A program made the position numbers and the translations under genes. Below are positions 50,195 through 64,000 of a DNA stretch of 64,000 bases, one piece after another; positions within the stretch are counted from its first letter, which is position 1, and each line of letters starts with the position of its first letter. Location of the stretch: NCBI GenBank assembly GCA_000320545.1, contig ADNK01002828.1:30323-94322 (forward strand), given 5' to 3'. This DNA is from Bigelowiella natans CCMP2755. Its lineage: Eukaryota; Protista; Cercozoa. Below the pieces are notes generated by a model, which was not told the origin of the DNA, ran no database searches, and worked only from the letters and a program-made list of their open reading frames with translations.

Positions 50195-52620
50195 TCATAG
50201 GTATTGTGCCTTTCCCCCCTACCCCCTCCCCCTTATCACTACCATCACCGTTATCATCATCATCGTTATCATCATCAGATAAATACCACATTGCTTGAAC
50301 GGCCAAGATTCTTTGCTCAAAAGCTTGTTGATATCTGTGTCTATTACGGATTTGATGGTAAAAGTAGAGAAGAGAGCAATCAGTAGCAATAATACAACCA
50401 ATACACGATGATGGCCATGATGATAATGATAATGATGATGATGATGTTATGCCTGATAGTTCTGGCACTATATTTGTTTATTTTGTGATTGATCTGTGGT
50501 AATTTGTGTAACATGTGCTGCATCCCAAACAAAAAATTTAATATATGTATATATATTAATATATACATATATAACTTTTTTTAATATCGTTGAGAGAATA
50601 ATAATGTAAAAACCAAATGCTTGATATATGTAAAGTATACATTGAATGCACAGTATAATGAATAATACTAATCATAATTACGTAATCATGCTTATTTTCT
50701 GGTAGTACTCAACAACACAAACATCTTATGCCCTATTCACTAAAATCTTACAATCAAATTATAATCCTTCTCATTCTCCTCATCCGTCATTATCTTAATT
50801 ATCTACTCGTTAGGTTATTTAGTAAATATAGAGGCAGATGTTGGATGTCAAGCGGGCAACACCTCAAAAAGTATATTACCAATGCTAGTATTTAATCACC
50901 ATTACTCACTTTCTTCATTGAGCAGTAAGTAGCATCATTGACCAGCATCATCATCTTGCTCTCTCTCTCACCATTATAACAACTTGTAGTAGTATTTTGA
51001 TACTTACCTAATATGTTTGTTATTAATTTCCCTTACTTGATATACTATTATATTACTTATAATAAAAATAATAATAATGACAAACATTCATTTTGTTTGC
51101 AGAAATGGTGAATTTTGTTGTTGAGCTAAAAAATGCTTTGCACAAATCCTTGGGGCATTCTCTGGTTATTATTATAATTATTATCATAATTATTACTATG
51201 TTATCATCCTGTACAACTAGATTAATTCTAAGAAGAAGTAAATCGTATGATAAAATTCACCATGATGACATATTCCACTTCTGCTTCATTCAAAGGAGAG
51301 GAGAGGGAGGAGGAGGAGGAGGAGGGGGAGGACTAAATTTACCATGATCTACAAAAGCTTTTGTTTGTTTGTTCTCTTTCTCCTCTTGATTATTATGATT
51401 ATTCTGACTATTATCAGGTGATATGGTATGATAGCATTGACCCAAGAGATGGAAAAGTACTCTGCTACTAATACAGTCATTAAGAAGAAGAAGAAGAAGA
51501 TTGGAATGCTGCTGATATATTCATTATCATCATTTAAGCACCTACCGACTGCCATAACATCACCGCCCACCGTTGTTCTCTAGTGTTCTTTTTCTTTATT
51601 GTCTATAATTGCGTACGTTGATGATGATAATGATGATGATGATGACGATGACACACAAATACTACTGTGAAACAAAAGGTTCGGTATCAAAATGTGCTTA
51701 ACGAAGTCAACAAGCCCTTCTTCGATGCATGTGATGGTTATAACCTCACATAATTCTAAAAATAGTATAGAAGTAGTAATAATAATAACGATAATAAATT
51801 ATAATAAATAATATGACCAAATAAGAATTACGACAAGGGAAAATTGGAAATGAGTATTATAAAGTGTTTCATCATATCCCTACATAAAAATAAGCAATTG
51901 GCAGCTGATTATTTGTGAAAGTGTTAGTTATTATATAATATCTTTAGGAATATTGACGAATTACTTCTGGAAAAAGGGAGATCCTCATAAATCAAACCAA
52001 GTGGCAAATGAACGTCGATTTGATGTTTACTCAGGTGGTTATCGACGATATACAAATGCTATTCCTTCAGTAGTAGTAGCAGCAGCAAGTAAATGGTTGA
52101 TGATGACGTGTGGTGTTGGTGGTGTAAATCATTTACATTGATGATGGGGTTATACGTATTATTATTATTGTTATTATTATAATTATTTAATGTCATTATT
52201 CATACGCCTACATTTCTTTTCTCTCATCATCATCATTATCATTATCATCATCATCATCATCATCATCATCTTTACACCACAAAGGAATCGATGTTTTTGG
52301 AAGAGGGTCGTTTGGGGGAGGAAAGTACGTCTTTGTAGTCGTAAAATGATAGCATTATGAATAAATGAGATAGTAATGTGTAGTAAAATGATAGTATTAT
52401 GAATAGATGAGATAGCAACGTGTAGTAATAGCAGTAGTTGTAGTTGTAGTAGTAGTAGTAGGAGGAGGAGGGGTAGGAGGAGGAGGAGGAGGAGGAGGAG
52501 TCTTAGTATCTTAGGTAGTAGTACCAGTTATCTCCTCAGAAAGGCGAAACACGGAAACATTTCACATAAATCATAATTGTGCAGTGATAATGGAGAGAAT
52601 ATTACTTGATGCATGAACAA

Positions 52621-52655
<35 letters not shown>

Positions 52656-52901
52656 CGTCGTCATAATCATTCTCCAATCAATCTGTTGATCAATTTTATA
52701 ATGATAATAAATTATTATTATTATAATTATAATTATAATAATATACAGGTTTAATAGTCACATAGCACTTGAAGAGGTAAAGAGAGGCGGTACCTCAGTG
52801 TGTCTATTTGCACCGGGTTGGACCTATGAAGTTTTCTCTGCAAAACAGGTAATATATATATATATATATATATATATAATACATATAACAATTTTTTTCT
52901 T

Positions 52902-52933
<32 letters not shown>

Positions 52934-53053
52934 CCACAACTACTACCTCTGCTATTGTTAATAATTGATCTAAGGGGGTTCAAGCTTTTAGGAGGGCGGA
53001 GAGAAAATTCTGGGTTGGACGGAGCTCCCCCCCCCCCCCCCCCCTTAATATTT

Positions 53054-53085
<32 letters not shown>

Positions 53086-54395
53086 TAATAGGAGATAAAT
53101 GTTACTTAGTAGTGTGCTATATGTATGAAATATCTGTATTTAGATCACTTTTGATATTGCTATGAGCAGCACCTAATTATCCCATTTTCCGCCATCGTCA
53201 TTATATATTTGAGACTTTCTACGACGGTGATGATTGTTATATTTATTATAATTATTATTATATTATTTATTATAAATTAATCAAGTCTCCCTTTGTGTGT
53301 GTACGTCTCTTTTCTCGAAGGAAGGAGTTGACTTCTCAGAGAATCTATTCCCAGAATTCTCGATGAAAGATCTGCAAATGATGATCTCACTACCGGATGA
53401 TGATGCTAAGATGACAAACACGAAGAGAAAGAGTCAAAAAAATAGTATTAGTTGTAGCACTTCAAAGGTAGTAGTAGTAGCAGCAGTATAATTACATGAT
53501 TTCTTCGTTGATTTAGTACAAATAGTAGTAACATCTCGTGGTTAGACATGACAACTACCTAGAGAGGTGCTAGTTACAACTACAACAACAACAACACGCA
53601 GGAAGGAGAGGAAAGATGGCGCGTTACCAAGAAAGGAGGGCAAGGATTTTCCATTTCAAGAGATAATCAAGGTGCTGCTGCCTTTGGTTTTGTTAGCCAA
53701 GTAGAAGGCAATAAAGGAGGGGGAGGAGGAGCAGGAGAATGGTGATGATTATCATTGAATGTGTAAGTTTGAGTTGTCTTTTTTATCCACGAAATATGTG
53801 AGAGGTTGATCGACAAGACAATAGTAGCGGTCCTCCTCTCCTCACCCCTTTCACCTTTTCTATAAAATATGAGGAGGATGATATCTCATCGTGTCTACTA
53901 CGTAATTGCAGGAGGTGATATTCTTAATATTGTTTGCATCATTGTTTGCATTATTCGTCTTCTTGCTGCTGCAGGAAAGATTTGGTGGATCTGCTCGCAT
54001 CAATGGTGAGTTACTACTCATTTATAATATTAGCGAGAAGAAGAAGAAGAAGAAGAAGAAGAAGAAGAAGAAGGAGGAGGAGGAGGAGGCTTTGAGGCAT
54101 AATAGTAATGCAGTAATACTAGCCTCGAAACAGCCGTCGGCATATCATTCATTTCTTAACTAATTGTAATCCTCACCATCATTATCTTCTAGTGAGTAAA
54201 CAAATTGCGACTTCTAATAGTAGCAGTTGTTGTAGTTATTGTTGTGTTCAGAATAACCGTGATATATCTGCAGTAGTAGCGCAACTTATTTTTGTCATTT
54301 GTTGTACACTGGTTGCTGCTGATACTTCCCAATCTTCTGTATCAACCGCAACGTATTAGTGGTAGTTGTAGTGCAATGTTGTTTGGTACTAAATC

Positions 54396-54428
<33 letters not shown>

Positions 54429-54591
54429 GTGATAATGGTGACGATCATACAATCATATTTCAGGTCTGAACGGCAAATAACTGTACCTATATGGAATACT
54501 ACGACGATGAAGAAGGGTTGTTCTTATCCTCACAAAACTGCCCCTCCAGTGATGTTGAAGGTTATCGTGGAAGTTGAAGTAAAGGGAAAAG

Positions 54592-54630
<39 letters not shown>

Positions 54631-54858
54631 ATAGCAGCAGCAAACACTAGTTGTAGTATTCTCGTCGTGGTAGTAGTAGTATGCTAATGATAGCTACTTC
54701 AGGTCCTAATTTTTCCGATTTATACCGTGTAAAATGGGACTTGCTCGATGCCAAGGTAGCAATAGTAGCAGTACTAGTAGTAGTATAGTATGATAGTATT
54801 AGAACGAATCACTAACAGGTCATATGAATAATAGCAGATTGTTTTTATGCTAAGGTTA

Positions 54859-54898
<40 letters not shown>

Positions 54899-55377
54899 GA
54901 CATGCAATAGTACGGCTCGATAGTAGGTAACATGTGACACCATCTGTGTTTAAAAACATCTGAAAATTGCCACGTCATTTCTGTTGTGCAAGGATGATGA
55001 CCATGATGATGGTTTTGATAATGATTCTTAGAAATCAATGATATCTTCATTTGATTCTGGCGAGATTATCCTTAACAAAGACTCTAAGATCATCCGGCAT
55101 GTGTTTCATCACCAACACTACTTTTGTTGTAAAAGTAATTACGACGAAGAAGATTCCAAAGGTTGATAATATTACTAAAGTATACTACCGGCCATATAAG
55201 ATTTCCCTTTTCATTAATCGTAGTACATGTGGGGCAATACACAACAGACAGCAGGAAAATCGTAGATAACAGTCCTAATATTATTATCCCTCCTATGTTG
55301 TTACTACTTACTACTATAGATGACAAATCTACGGTGATTGGGTACCCTGCCTTTATTCGGTGGACAGATTCAGGTTG

Positions 55378-55418
<41 letters not shown>

Positions 55419-57593
55419 GAGAATGAGAGAGGAGGGGGAGGGGGGAAGACAATTAGCAGCATTTATGAAACAACAACTTAATCAAAGGCAAAGACGCTGA
55501 AAGATGGGCAGGAAATTATGGCGCTTGTATTGGAAGGTCATTGCTGCTATGTACGTACTACTTCTTCTGTTGTGATGATTGATTGATTCATTGATTCATT
55601 GATTGATGATAACCGCATTATTTCCCACCACCATTTGCAATTAAGTATATCGATACAACAGACACCATCATTCGCAACAAAACACTGATACAACAAACGC
55701 CACCATTCACAACTAAGTATATCGATACAACGAACACAATCATTCACAACAAAGTATATCGATACAACAAACACCATCATTCTTCTTTCTGGCTTTCTCT
55801 CTCTTTTTCCTCTAGATGTACCATCACAGTTCTTCTGGAAGGAAATGCTCTGCAATGTCCAAGCGTACAAGACTTCAAAAATGTTGTTTATTACAAATAT
55901 TCTGAACCAAGTGATGATGATGCGTCGATTGCAGCAGCCCATATAATATCTTGAGACCGAATGAATCCTTCCATCGTTATCATCATCAGCAGCAGCATCC
56001 TCATCATCATCACTATCATTAGCATCATCATGTTTCGCCTAAACATACAAACACACACACATACATGCTTACTGACCATGTACTACTGCTAAGGAGCTGC
56101 TACTTATTCTTCTTGTTTTTATCTTTCCTCTTCTTCTTCTTCCTTCTTGCTCTATAATCTAGGGGTTTCGTCATGGATGGCAAAGGACAAATATGGTTGA
56201 TTATTTATGTTTTGCATCAATAATAAACGCATAGTAGTAGTAAGTAGTGGTAGTTGTTGTCGTTGTAGAAGCTGCAGAGTGTAGATTTATGATTCTATTT
56301 TCTACTGATAATATCATTCGAGTAATAATTGATGGAGTTTATTCGTTCTCCTCATCTTCCTCCTCCTCCTCACAAATCTGCTGTTGTATGTCTTGTCCTA
56401 CCTCCTGTCACTCTTTTCTCCACCAGCGCCCTTTTACATGTTCATTCTCATCTGGAATGGGGTACTAAGAAGAGTAGTAGCAGCAGCAGCAGCAGTAGTA
56501 GTTAGTAGTATTGTTATACTAAAAGTAGCAATATTAAGAAAGGAAGAAGAAGCAGAACGACAGTAATAGCACTCTAAATAAATAAATTTACTTTTGCTAT
56601 GAATTATGCTCTGCTACATGTTATTTGTATCATCGTATCTGTATGTTATGAGAAATAATACGACATCATACTCTGTATGTGGCGGGTCTTCTTTCTCCTT
56701 GATCTTCATTTTCCAGAAAGGAGCTCTATTCCCACGGGCAGTTGGTACTATTCAATTTATACGTTGTTCTTCTCATTGCAAAGTTGACATTAATCTGTCG
56801 TATTAATTGCATTGGAGTTTCTATTAGGGAGTATCAGTAGTGCATTATCAGCAGAATACTACTTTTACCCATACTTCATTTTTCCTACTCTTACTAATAT
56901 CACTGCTACAACACTAGATGCGGAAAAAGTATAAATATATAAAATTATTCATGCAAGGTGGTTGTTGTTATTGTTGTTGTGGTTGTGGTTGTTGTTGTCT
57001 TAAAGATTGGAACTGTTCCTTCATCATCAGCCGACATCTTTGACATGTCCTTCCAAGACATACGCTACCCAAATTAGTGAGTGTCAACACTTAGTCCTTT
57101 TTTCCAACAAAGCACCATTCCTCTCTAGATCCTAAATGAAAGTGATGATCTTGATGTATTCTACTACTACAACAATAACTACTACTACTACTACAAATAC
57201 TACTTGGTTGTTCTATCTTTTATTGTTCTTTGGTCAGTTGGTCAGGTTGTTATTCCTCTGTTATGTCGGCTTGTCAAGATACTAGGGGAGGGGCTCTTCT
57301 GCTTCCTAAACAAATAGCAAAGGACCTTGGCAATATTATCCAAGCAGCAGTATCATTTAGAGCGCCATTTGATGACTCACCACGGAAGGCTTCTTTTTCT
57401 TCTTCTTCATCAACAACATCATTGAAGAAGAAGAATTTAGTTGTACCTTCCTTCCTCAAAACTGAAATCACAAACAACAAAGGCAGCATTTATGATGGGT
57501 AGTACTTCATCTGCTTTTATGGCTGGTGTAATAATTAAAAGAAAAACATCAGAAGCTAGTTCTCACCGTTACTTTTGGCTGCTGCCAGATATA

Positions 57594-57630
<37 letters not shown>

Positions 57631-58153
57631 AAGATTAAGAAACAACATTGCTATTTATGAGAGAGAAAAATTAGTAGCGCGTTTAAGATTTCCTCCTCCT
57701 CCTCCTCCTTCTCCCCCAAATATAGTGTTTATTTTGAGTTAGCAGTAGTAATAGATGGCCCCCCCATCATTTTATACCTGTAGGTACTCATCCCTTTCCT
57801 TAGCATTGGTTAATGTCACCAAATCGTTCTCTACTTCGTGGATGATGTTGAAGAGAATGAAAGGGGCAAAGACGTACATAGAGGAGGAGGTTGAAACAGC
57901 ATCAAATGGTGACAAAGAGAAGATTCGAGTGATGCAATCAAATAAGTTTGATTCCAAGAATAAAGACGACGTAATTGATAGCAGCAGCCGATTTAGTAAA
58001 CTTCACGACTGTGATAAGAAGAAGGGGAAGAGGGGTGGGAAGAAGGATATCAGAGATAGTAGAAGCAACATGATCATAGGAGGAGGAGGAGGAGGAGGAG
58101 CTGCTGTATCCCATCCTCATATTCGTGGGTTATTCCACTTCGGTGACACACAT

Positions 58154-58188
<35 letters not shown>

Positions 58189-59606
58189 TTTGAAAAAACA
58201 ACAACAACGAAGGAATGGAAGGTAGAAGAAACAGAAGAATCCCTTCTTCTTCTTCCTATGTCGGAATATTACGCACAATAAATCACGGAGGGGAAGTAGT
58301 GGTTGAAGCAGTATTGGTAGTGGGGTGATGCTATTCTTTTCTGAAACCACCTCCTTTTGTATTGTCAACTTCTGCAGCACTCACCATCATTTCTATCAGC
58401 ATTCGCTACTCATATTATCAAACAAACTCCTTTTGCATGAATATCATCTACTACACTCATAATCATTCCCATCACCATTCACTACTCTCGTATTATTATC
58501 TTTGCTGCTGCTCTACTACTACTAATACCACATATAATATCAGAAGAGTCTCTACAGAAGAAGGCAATCTATCATTTCTTGAGGTGGATGTTATTCGCTG
58601 CTGCTTTGTACATCGTCATAGTAGGAGTAGTAGTAGGAGTAGTGGTAATGGTGGTAGCATGAGTAGTATGCGTGCTAGTGATGGTAGCAAGCAGGAGTAG
58701 TGTGCACTGCTGTTGGCCTACTCGTTCTCGTTCTTGGTCATCAAAGTGATGGCTGCTATGATATTCTGCTGGTGGTGGTGATGCTGTTTGAGAATAGCAG
58801 TAGTAGTAGTAGTAGGTGTAGTGTTTTGGATCATCATGATTATAGCAAATTCTACTACTACTCGAATATCAAAGAAAAAACAGATGAATAATCATCAGCA
58901 GCATCAGGACAACTCCAACATAATCATTATCATCTGAAAGAGAGCATTCTATTGATTTAATAATTTGCTTGTTGTCTTCCGTCCCCTCCTCCTCATCCTC
59001 TATATACTACTCGTTGTTCCAATGTGTCTTTTATTCGCTTAATAGACACTTGCCTATGAGTTAAATGATTTGCTTTTTACCCCGAATTCTTCGTCTGAGA
59101 TCCCAGCAAACAATGATGCTACAACCAATGAGTATGAAGAGGAGGAGGAGGAGGAGGAGGAGGATTCGGTACTCTTGGAGGGTGACATCGATTATCATTG
59201 TGAAATTGATGATTCTCGTGAAGAAGATGGGAAAATAGGATATGACGACGTGAGGAGCAGGTCACCACTAATCAAAATGAAATGTCATCTAGGAGACTTT
59301 CACCACATTCCTGCACCATTCATCTCCCCTTTCCATACCCTCCAAAATCTCTTGTGTAATGTATGCATGTGTACATTTGTATATGTATTTTACTACGACT
59401 GTAAGTAATGCTTCTACATGTTAATCATACTGATGTTGTTATTGTTGTTGTTGTTGTTGTTGTTGTGGTGATTCGATTATCTCTATACTAGCCCCAACTA
59501 CGCTCCCAAAAATCATCAAAAACACCTAAAGCAACAAGAAGAGGAAGAAGAAGAATCACAACTACTTCTTCGCCAAAATTTTAAGAAGCAGGGGGGTCTA
59601 CAAAAC

Positions 59607-59641
<35 letters not shown>

Positions 59642-62252
59642 CACTCCCAATTACGATGACAAAGAAACTAAGATAAAGAAGTCCCACAACATGTACAAAT
59701 ATGGAAATCAAGACGATGAAAAAGGAGGAGGCAGCGGCAACTATTTGAATGATACAAATAAGGATCATGCCTTTGATAGCATCTTCAACAATGATGATGA
59801 CGATGATGATAATGATGATGAAAGCGATAAAGATGAAAAGAGAAAAGGACAAGATCCTGTGACGGTGCAAGTTTGTTTGAAACCTTCCCCGTCGCTAGAT
59901 GTTTCCTTTCTCGTTGCATATACTCCTAATTGTGACCATCACCACCATCATCATCGTCATCGTCGCCACCACCACCACCACCACTCAGAAGGAAAAAATG
60001 AAGATTCAAGGGGTAGCACCATTAACAGTGATGATACTAACGGTAATAAAGCAAGGAATCGTTCTTCTCCTCTCCAATCTGACGAAGATAAGGAGCAACG
60101 TGATACTAAGCAACAGCAGAAAAGAGGGGGGGGCGATGAGCTAGAAACACATCCATCGATAATAATGCCAAGGAGGCCATCAACAGAAATGATGAATAAA
60201 AACCAACAATCAAATAGCAGCAATCTTGCTTACGTTCGGTTATTGTGCAAGGAAAGGAAAAGGTAAGAATAATAACTGTGCAGTGGCGTGAGAACTAGAT
60301 CCTTGCTGATGGCCTTTCTGTCGGTCTCTATATTGTTGCTCAGGGCTACTGCTGCTGCTGCTGCTCCTTCTAAGAGAGGAGGGCAGGTGGTGTGTGCTGC
60401 CAACCACTACTATTACACGGAAATCAGAGGAGAACAAGTTATTATGAAGAGGAATGATAAGTCTCGAAGACATAGTGATGATGGTGATGACGATGATGAT
60501 GATAATTTGGTCAACGGCAAGAGAAAAGAGAAGGAGCTCAATGCTGACAATGGATTAGAGGATAATGAAGAAAGGATTTGTTCCCCTGATACATCATGGC
60601 AGCAAGTACATATAAACTTTGACTAAATATCACCCAAAATAATATGTGATTATTGGTGAAGAAAAAGCACACAACATGCTAAATCACTGTTGTCAAATAT
60701 GAGCGGGATGAAAAATATTTAATATCATTTCACAGGAGGTTAATATTTACACAGTATTGATTATTTATCGTAAGCATTGATTATCCTCATGAATAGCCAT
60801 CTTCATCTTTTTCTTCTTGTTCTTATTCTTCGTCAGTGGAAATTTGAATTGCCTCCTCACATTCGAAAGCGCGAAATCCTCTACATTTGTTTATGGGTGG
60901 AAGAGGAAAATTATTGGGCGGGTGATGAGCACAAGGAGAAGCAAATTCTGAGCAAAGATGGGTATAAATGACATGTCTAATGTGATGATGGAGACCTTGT
61001 TTTCTACTACCAACAACAACCTGATGGCTGCTACTTACTACTAAAAAAGACAACTCGACGCAACGATATCCTTCTCTGTGTTGGCAACAACCAAATCGTT
61101 TCAATAAATCAACAATTATTATATCCGACAAACAACATGAGATGTTACATATTTCAGTATACCTAATTTCTACTTAATTACGTGTTTTACTCAATCCTTC
61201 GACTTAATTATCAATGATTAGCAAAGCTCCTCTTCCTCCTCTCCCTCCTCCATTACCCAAACAGCCTAAAGGTGTTGCCAAACATGCTTGTATGATTGCT
61301 ATTTTTGGAGTTTCGAATGTAGTTTTTGGTTGCTATATTTGTATTTCTTCTGTGCTATAAATTCTTATTGCGGCTACCTCTTGATTCGTCCAATACAAAT
61401 ATATGGCATCACACATGATCTTCTGAAGGGAAAAATAAGGAAATGAGCAGTAAGGAAACATTGATCATTACTCAAGAACAAAACTCGTCGTCCGTAAGAA
61501 AGACAGTGGTCATAAGCGAGAACAAGAGGAAGAACAACCACATCAATAGCAAAACTCCGTCAGCAACCACAGCTTTTCTAGGAGCATTTGGGTGATCAAC
61601 TGATTGTCAGATTACTTATATGCGTATATGTATATTATATGAAAATTTGTTGCGATTATGCGGCGTACTAGTGTTTTATGATGTGCACAAAGAAGTATTG
61701 ACTGAGATCGTAGTCAATGATTCTTCGATCATTTTTACGTTATCATTCATCATACGATTGTTCTATCTGAAACCATTATTCTCTGCGTCGTGTAATTGTA
61801 TTGGAATTTTTCAAGCTGACGTCCTCTTGTGTAACTCCACAAGTTTAATTCTTCTTTTCGTGTGTTGTTGTTGTTGTTGTTGTTTTAGATTATGGACAAG
61901 AAGTCGTCCTTTGAAGCTGATGCCAGTAATGACGTTGAATATCGAGTTCCATAGCGAGTGATTATTGTACTCGCACTTAGTATTTTGAATCATTTCTGCA
62001 TTCATTATTATCTTTGTACACATAATAAATAATACCCTGACTGGTACTATTGTTGCTGCTGTTAACTCAACTGACTTTCCTTGCCTTGTCAGGTATCGAA
62101 CCTGAATGCAACTATGAGTTGGGACATCAGCAACTTTTTCATCGGTGATCATCTTTCGCAAAGGGTAATTAGCAGATAACGACAAAAGGATTCAAGCAGA
62201 GATGATGATGATGATGATGTTTCCTTCTCCGTTTTGCTGTTGTTCACAAATG

Positions 62253-62289
<37 letters not shown>

Positions 62290-62937
62290 GTGTATAACGA
62301 ACGACATATCTTATTGGAAAGTATGATTTTATTACCGCGTAAAACGTGTAACGAATGTTGAAATAGTTCAACGCTTTGTGCAAGGAGATCATTAGCAAAA
62401 ATTCAATCCGGGGATATTCTAATTATTCATTACCACATGAAACACTTATATTATCCTTTTTCTACCTTTTCTTTGCCGATAAAAATGAAACATGACAACA
62501 ACACTAAATCAACTACCACTCTACTACCTAAGGCCACTGTGGTCCTTTCATGGAACATTCCTCGTTCACTCCGAAGGCAAGGAGGCGAAAATGTGTTCTA
62601 CGAGATATTTTATCGGTCTGTTGTATCACTACCGACAAACCCTAAAGCAGATGCAGCACAACGTTCAGGAAGAGAATATGATGATGATAATGATGGATAC
62701 GCTACTCAACCCAATGAAGTGGAAATGAAAGCAAAGAAGAAGGAAAACGAAGACGAGAACGAATTTGAAGCGCTTGAGTGGGTGCTGGCTGGAAGGACAC
62801 GAGCAACGTGCTTCCAAGTAGGGATGTTTTTTGTGCTTGAAATGATACGAGAATATATTTATCCACTTTACATGATAAGAGTTGTCAGTCGGTCGATTCT
62901 GTCACAAAATGTTGATGACATTAAAGGTAATAGTTAA
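48211..62937 (+). CDS. ENGASE: Cytosolic endo-beta-N-acetylglucosaminidase (GH85, ENGase), multi-exon
   Basis: Exons: [133 protein letters not shown], SIYDG, and a C-terminal beta domain (VVLSW...YEIFYR...LAGRTRATCFQV). The last exon is uncertain, and assignment of everything after about 53 kb to this gene is less secure. Confidence 0.88.
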
Positions 62938-63099
62938 GTCTACAAACAAGGCATTTACCTTCTTCTTAGGTCTCGAATGTTGTTTTCATTCATGGAGAAC
63001 AAGGTAAGAATGGCGGAGGGTGAGATCAGAGGGGTATGTATGATGATGTAACAGATGGTAAAAAACAGTGTCTAGCTCATGCATGGAATTGTCGGTCAC

Positions 63100-63732
63100 T
63101 GGTAAAAATTGACAACGATGTGATTGGAACGAACATCAACATTCTAGCATTGCAAACATCTAATGAGATTGTTGTCTTCATCATTGATGTCACTGTCAGC
63201 GATTTGACTTCATTTGTGTTCCAGTTGAATTCAGGGTCGCATCAGCCAACACGTTTGCAACGCAGCCTTTGTCAGAAGCTGCCAGATGCAAAATTGCATT
63301 GTGAGATCATGTTTTTCAATCAGCACCTGTGAAATCTGCACTCAATCCATGTGCATTTTGTCATGCAGCCGTTGCAGCATCATGCCACGTGCTGTGAGTG
63401 CATGCACACCACTTGTCAGTGCAATCACCAAAGTGGGAAGTGCCAAACACAATGGACACAGTGACAAGTCATGTCGTGTCGCTCGGCGCCCAGCGTGTGA
63501 AATCTGCATGTGCAACGCATGTCCATGCACGTGTTTGTCAGCGTGCTGCAGCACCATTCGAAGACACATGGCTGGTGCACATCACGTGTCCACAAATGAC
63601 ACGATTAGACAAAAACTCTCCAAGCAGTGTGGGTGCCAACTGAAATCAAATTCAAACCACATCTTGCCCAACAACAGGCAACATCGCAACATCAAAAGTG
63701 AGCTGCCTCAAAAACTGGCCAACACTTTGGAG
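63100..63732. other. Short subtelomeric TpA-depleted tract
   Basis: 3 TpA in 63121-63720, all in CTA/TAG context. Confidence 0.7.
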
Positions 63733-64000
63733 TTAGGGTTAGGGTTAGGGTTAGGGTTAGGGTTAGGGTTAGGGTTAGGGTTAGGGTTAGGGTTAGGGTT
63801 AGGGTTAGGGTTAGGGTTAGGGTTAGGGTTAGGGTTAGGGTTAGGGTTAGGGTTAGGGTTAGGGTTAGGGTTAGGGTTAGGGTTAGGGTTAGGGTTAGGG
63901 TTAGGGTTAGGGTTAGGGTTAGGGTTAGGGTTAGGGTTAGGGTTAGGGTTAGGGTTAGGGTTAGGGTTAGGGTTAGGGTTAGGGTTAGGGTTAGGGTTGT
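63733..64000 (+). repeat. Telomere (TTAGGG)n, about 44 units, right chromosome end
   Basis: An uninterrupted TTAGGG array runs to the window end with the G-rich strand 5'->3' toward the terminus. Confidence 0.98.

Noticed and set aside
55620-55780. Four roughly 35-bp repeats (AAGTATATCGATACAAC...) resembling a CRISPR array
   Set aside because: They are degenerate tandem units with no unique spacers, inside a eukaryotic intron, with no cas genes.
1289-62400. Many ORF-track entries with poly-Y, L, T, S, D, H, M or V runs
   Set aside because: These are translations of intronic microsatellites, or antisense shadows of real exons.
63733-64000. Nucleomorph or organelle chromosome end
   Set aside because: The repeat is TTAGGG, not the TCTAGGG nucleomorph type, and the long introns and gene content are host-nuclear.

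Overview
This is the last 64 kb of a eukaryotic nuclear chromosome, ending in a (TTAGGG)n telomere. The genome is intron-rich, with microsatellite-stuffed introns. A plastid-type peptide deformylase with a likely bipartite leader suggests an alga with a secondary plastid; a chlorarachniophyte-like organism is plausible but this is inference. Genes assembled by hand from spliced exons are: peptide deformylase (+), a PIBF1/CEP90-like coiled-coil protein (-), an SLC17/PHT4-like MFS transporter (+), a PP2C phosphatase (-), an unknown RNPI-repeat protein (+), pyrroline-5-carboxylate reductase ending in SKL (-), a class I SAM methyltransferase (-), a possible LamG-like protein (+) and a GH85 ENGase (+) that ends about 0.7 kb from the telomere. 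Two observations stand out. (1) Discrete islands (about 12.6-14.7 kb, 32.6-34.6 kb, the flanks of a duplication, and the subtelomere) are almost devoid of TpA except in CTA/TAG context. They carry direct traces of TpA->TpG/CpA conversion, including telomere repeats turned into TCAGGG/TTGGGG and reciprocal TG/CA substitutions between homologous copies. This looks like a repeat-associated A-to-G hypermutation process running opposite to fungal RIP. (2) A 918-bp near-identical direct duplication flanks proC. It encodes a 117-aa UPF0728/C10orf53-like protein with one in-frame TGA in a HGPYxxUG motif, followed by a SECIS-like hairpin, so it is a candidate new selenoprotein family. Gene boundaries are approximate and all counts were done by eye.
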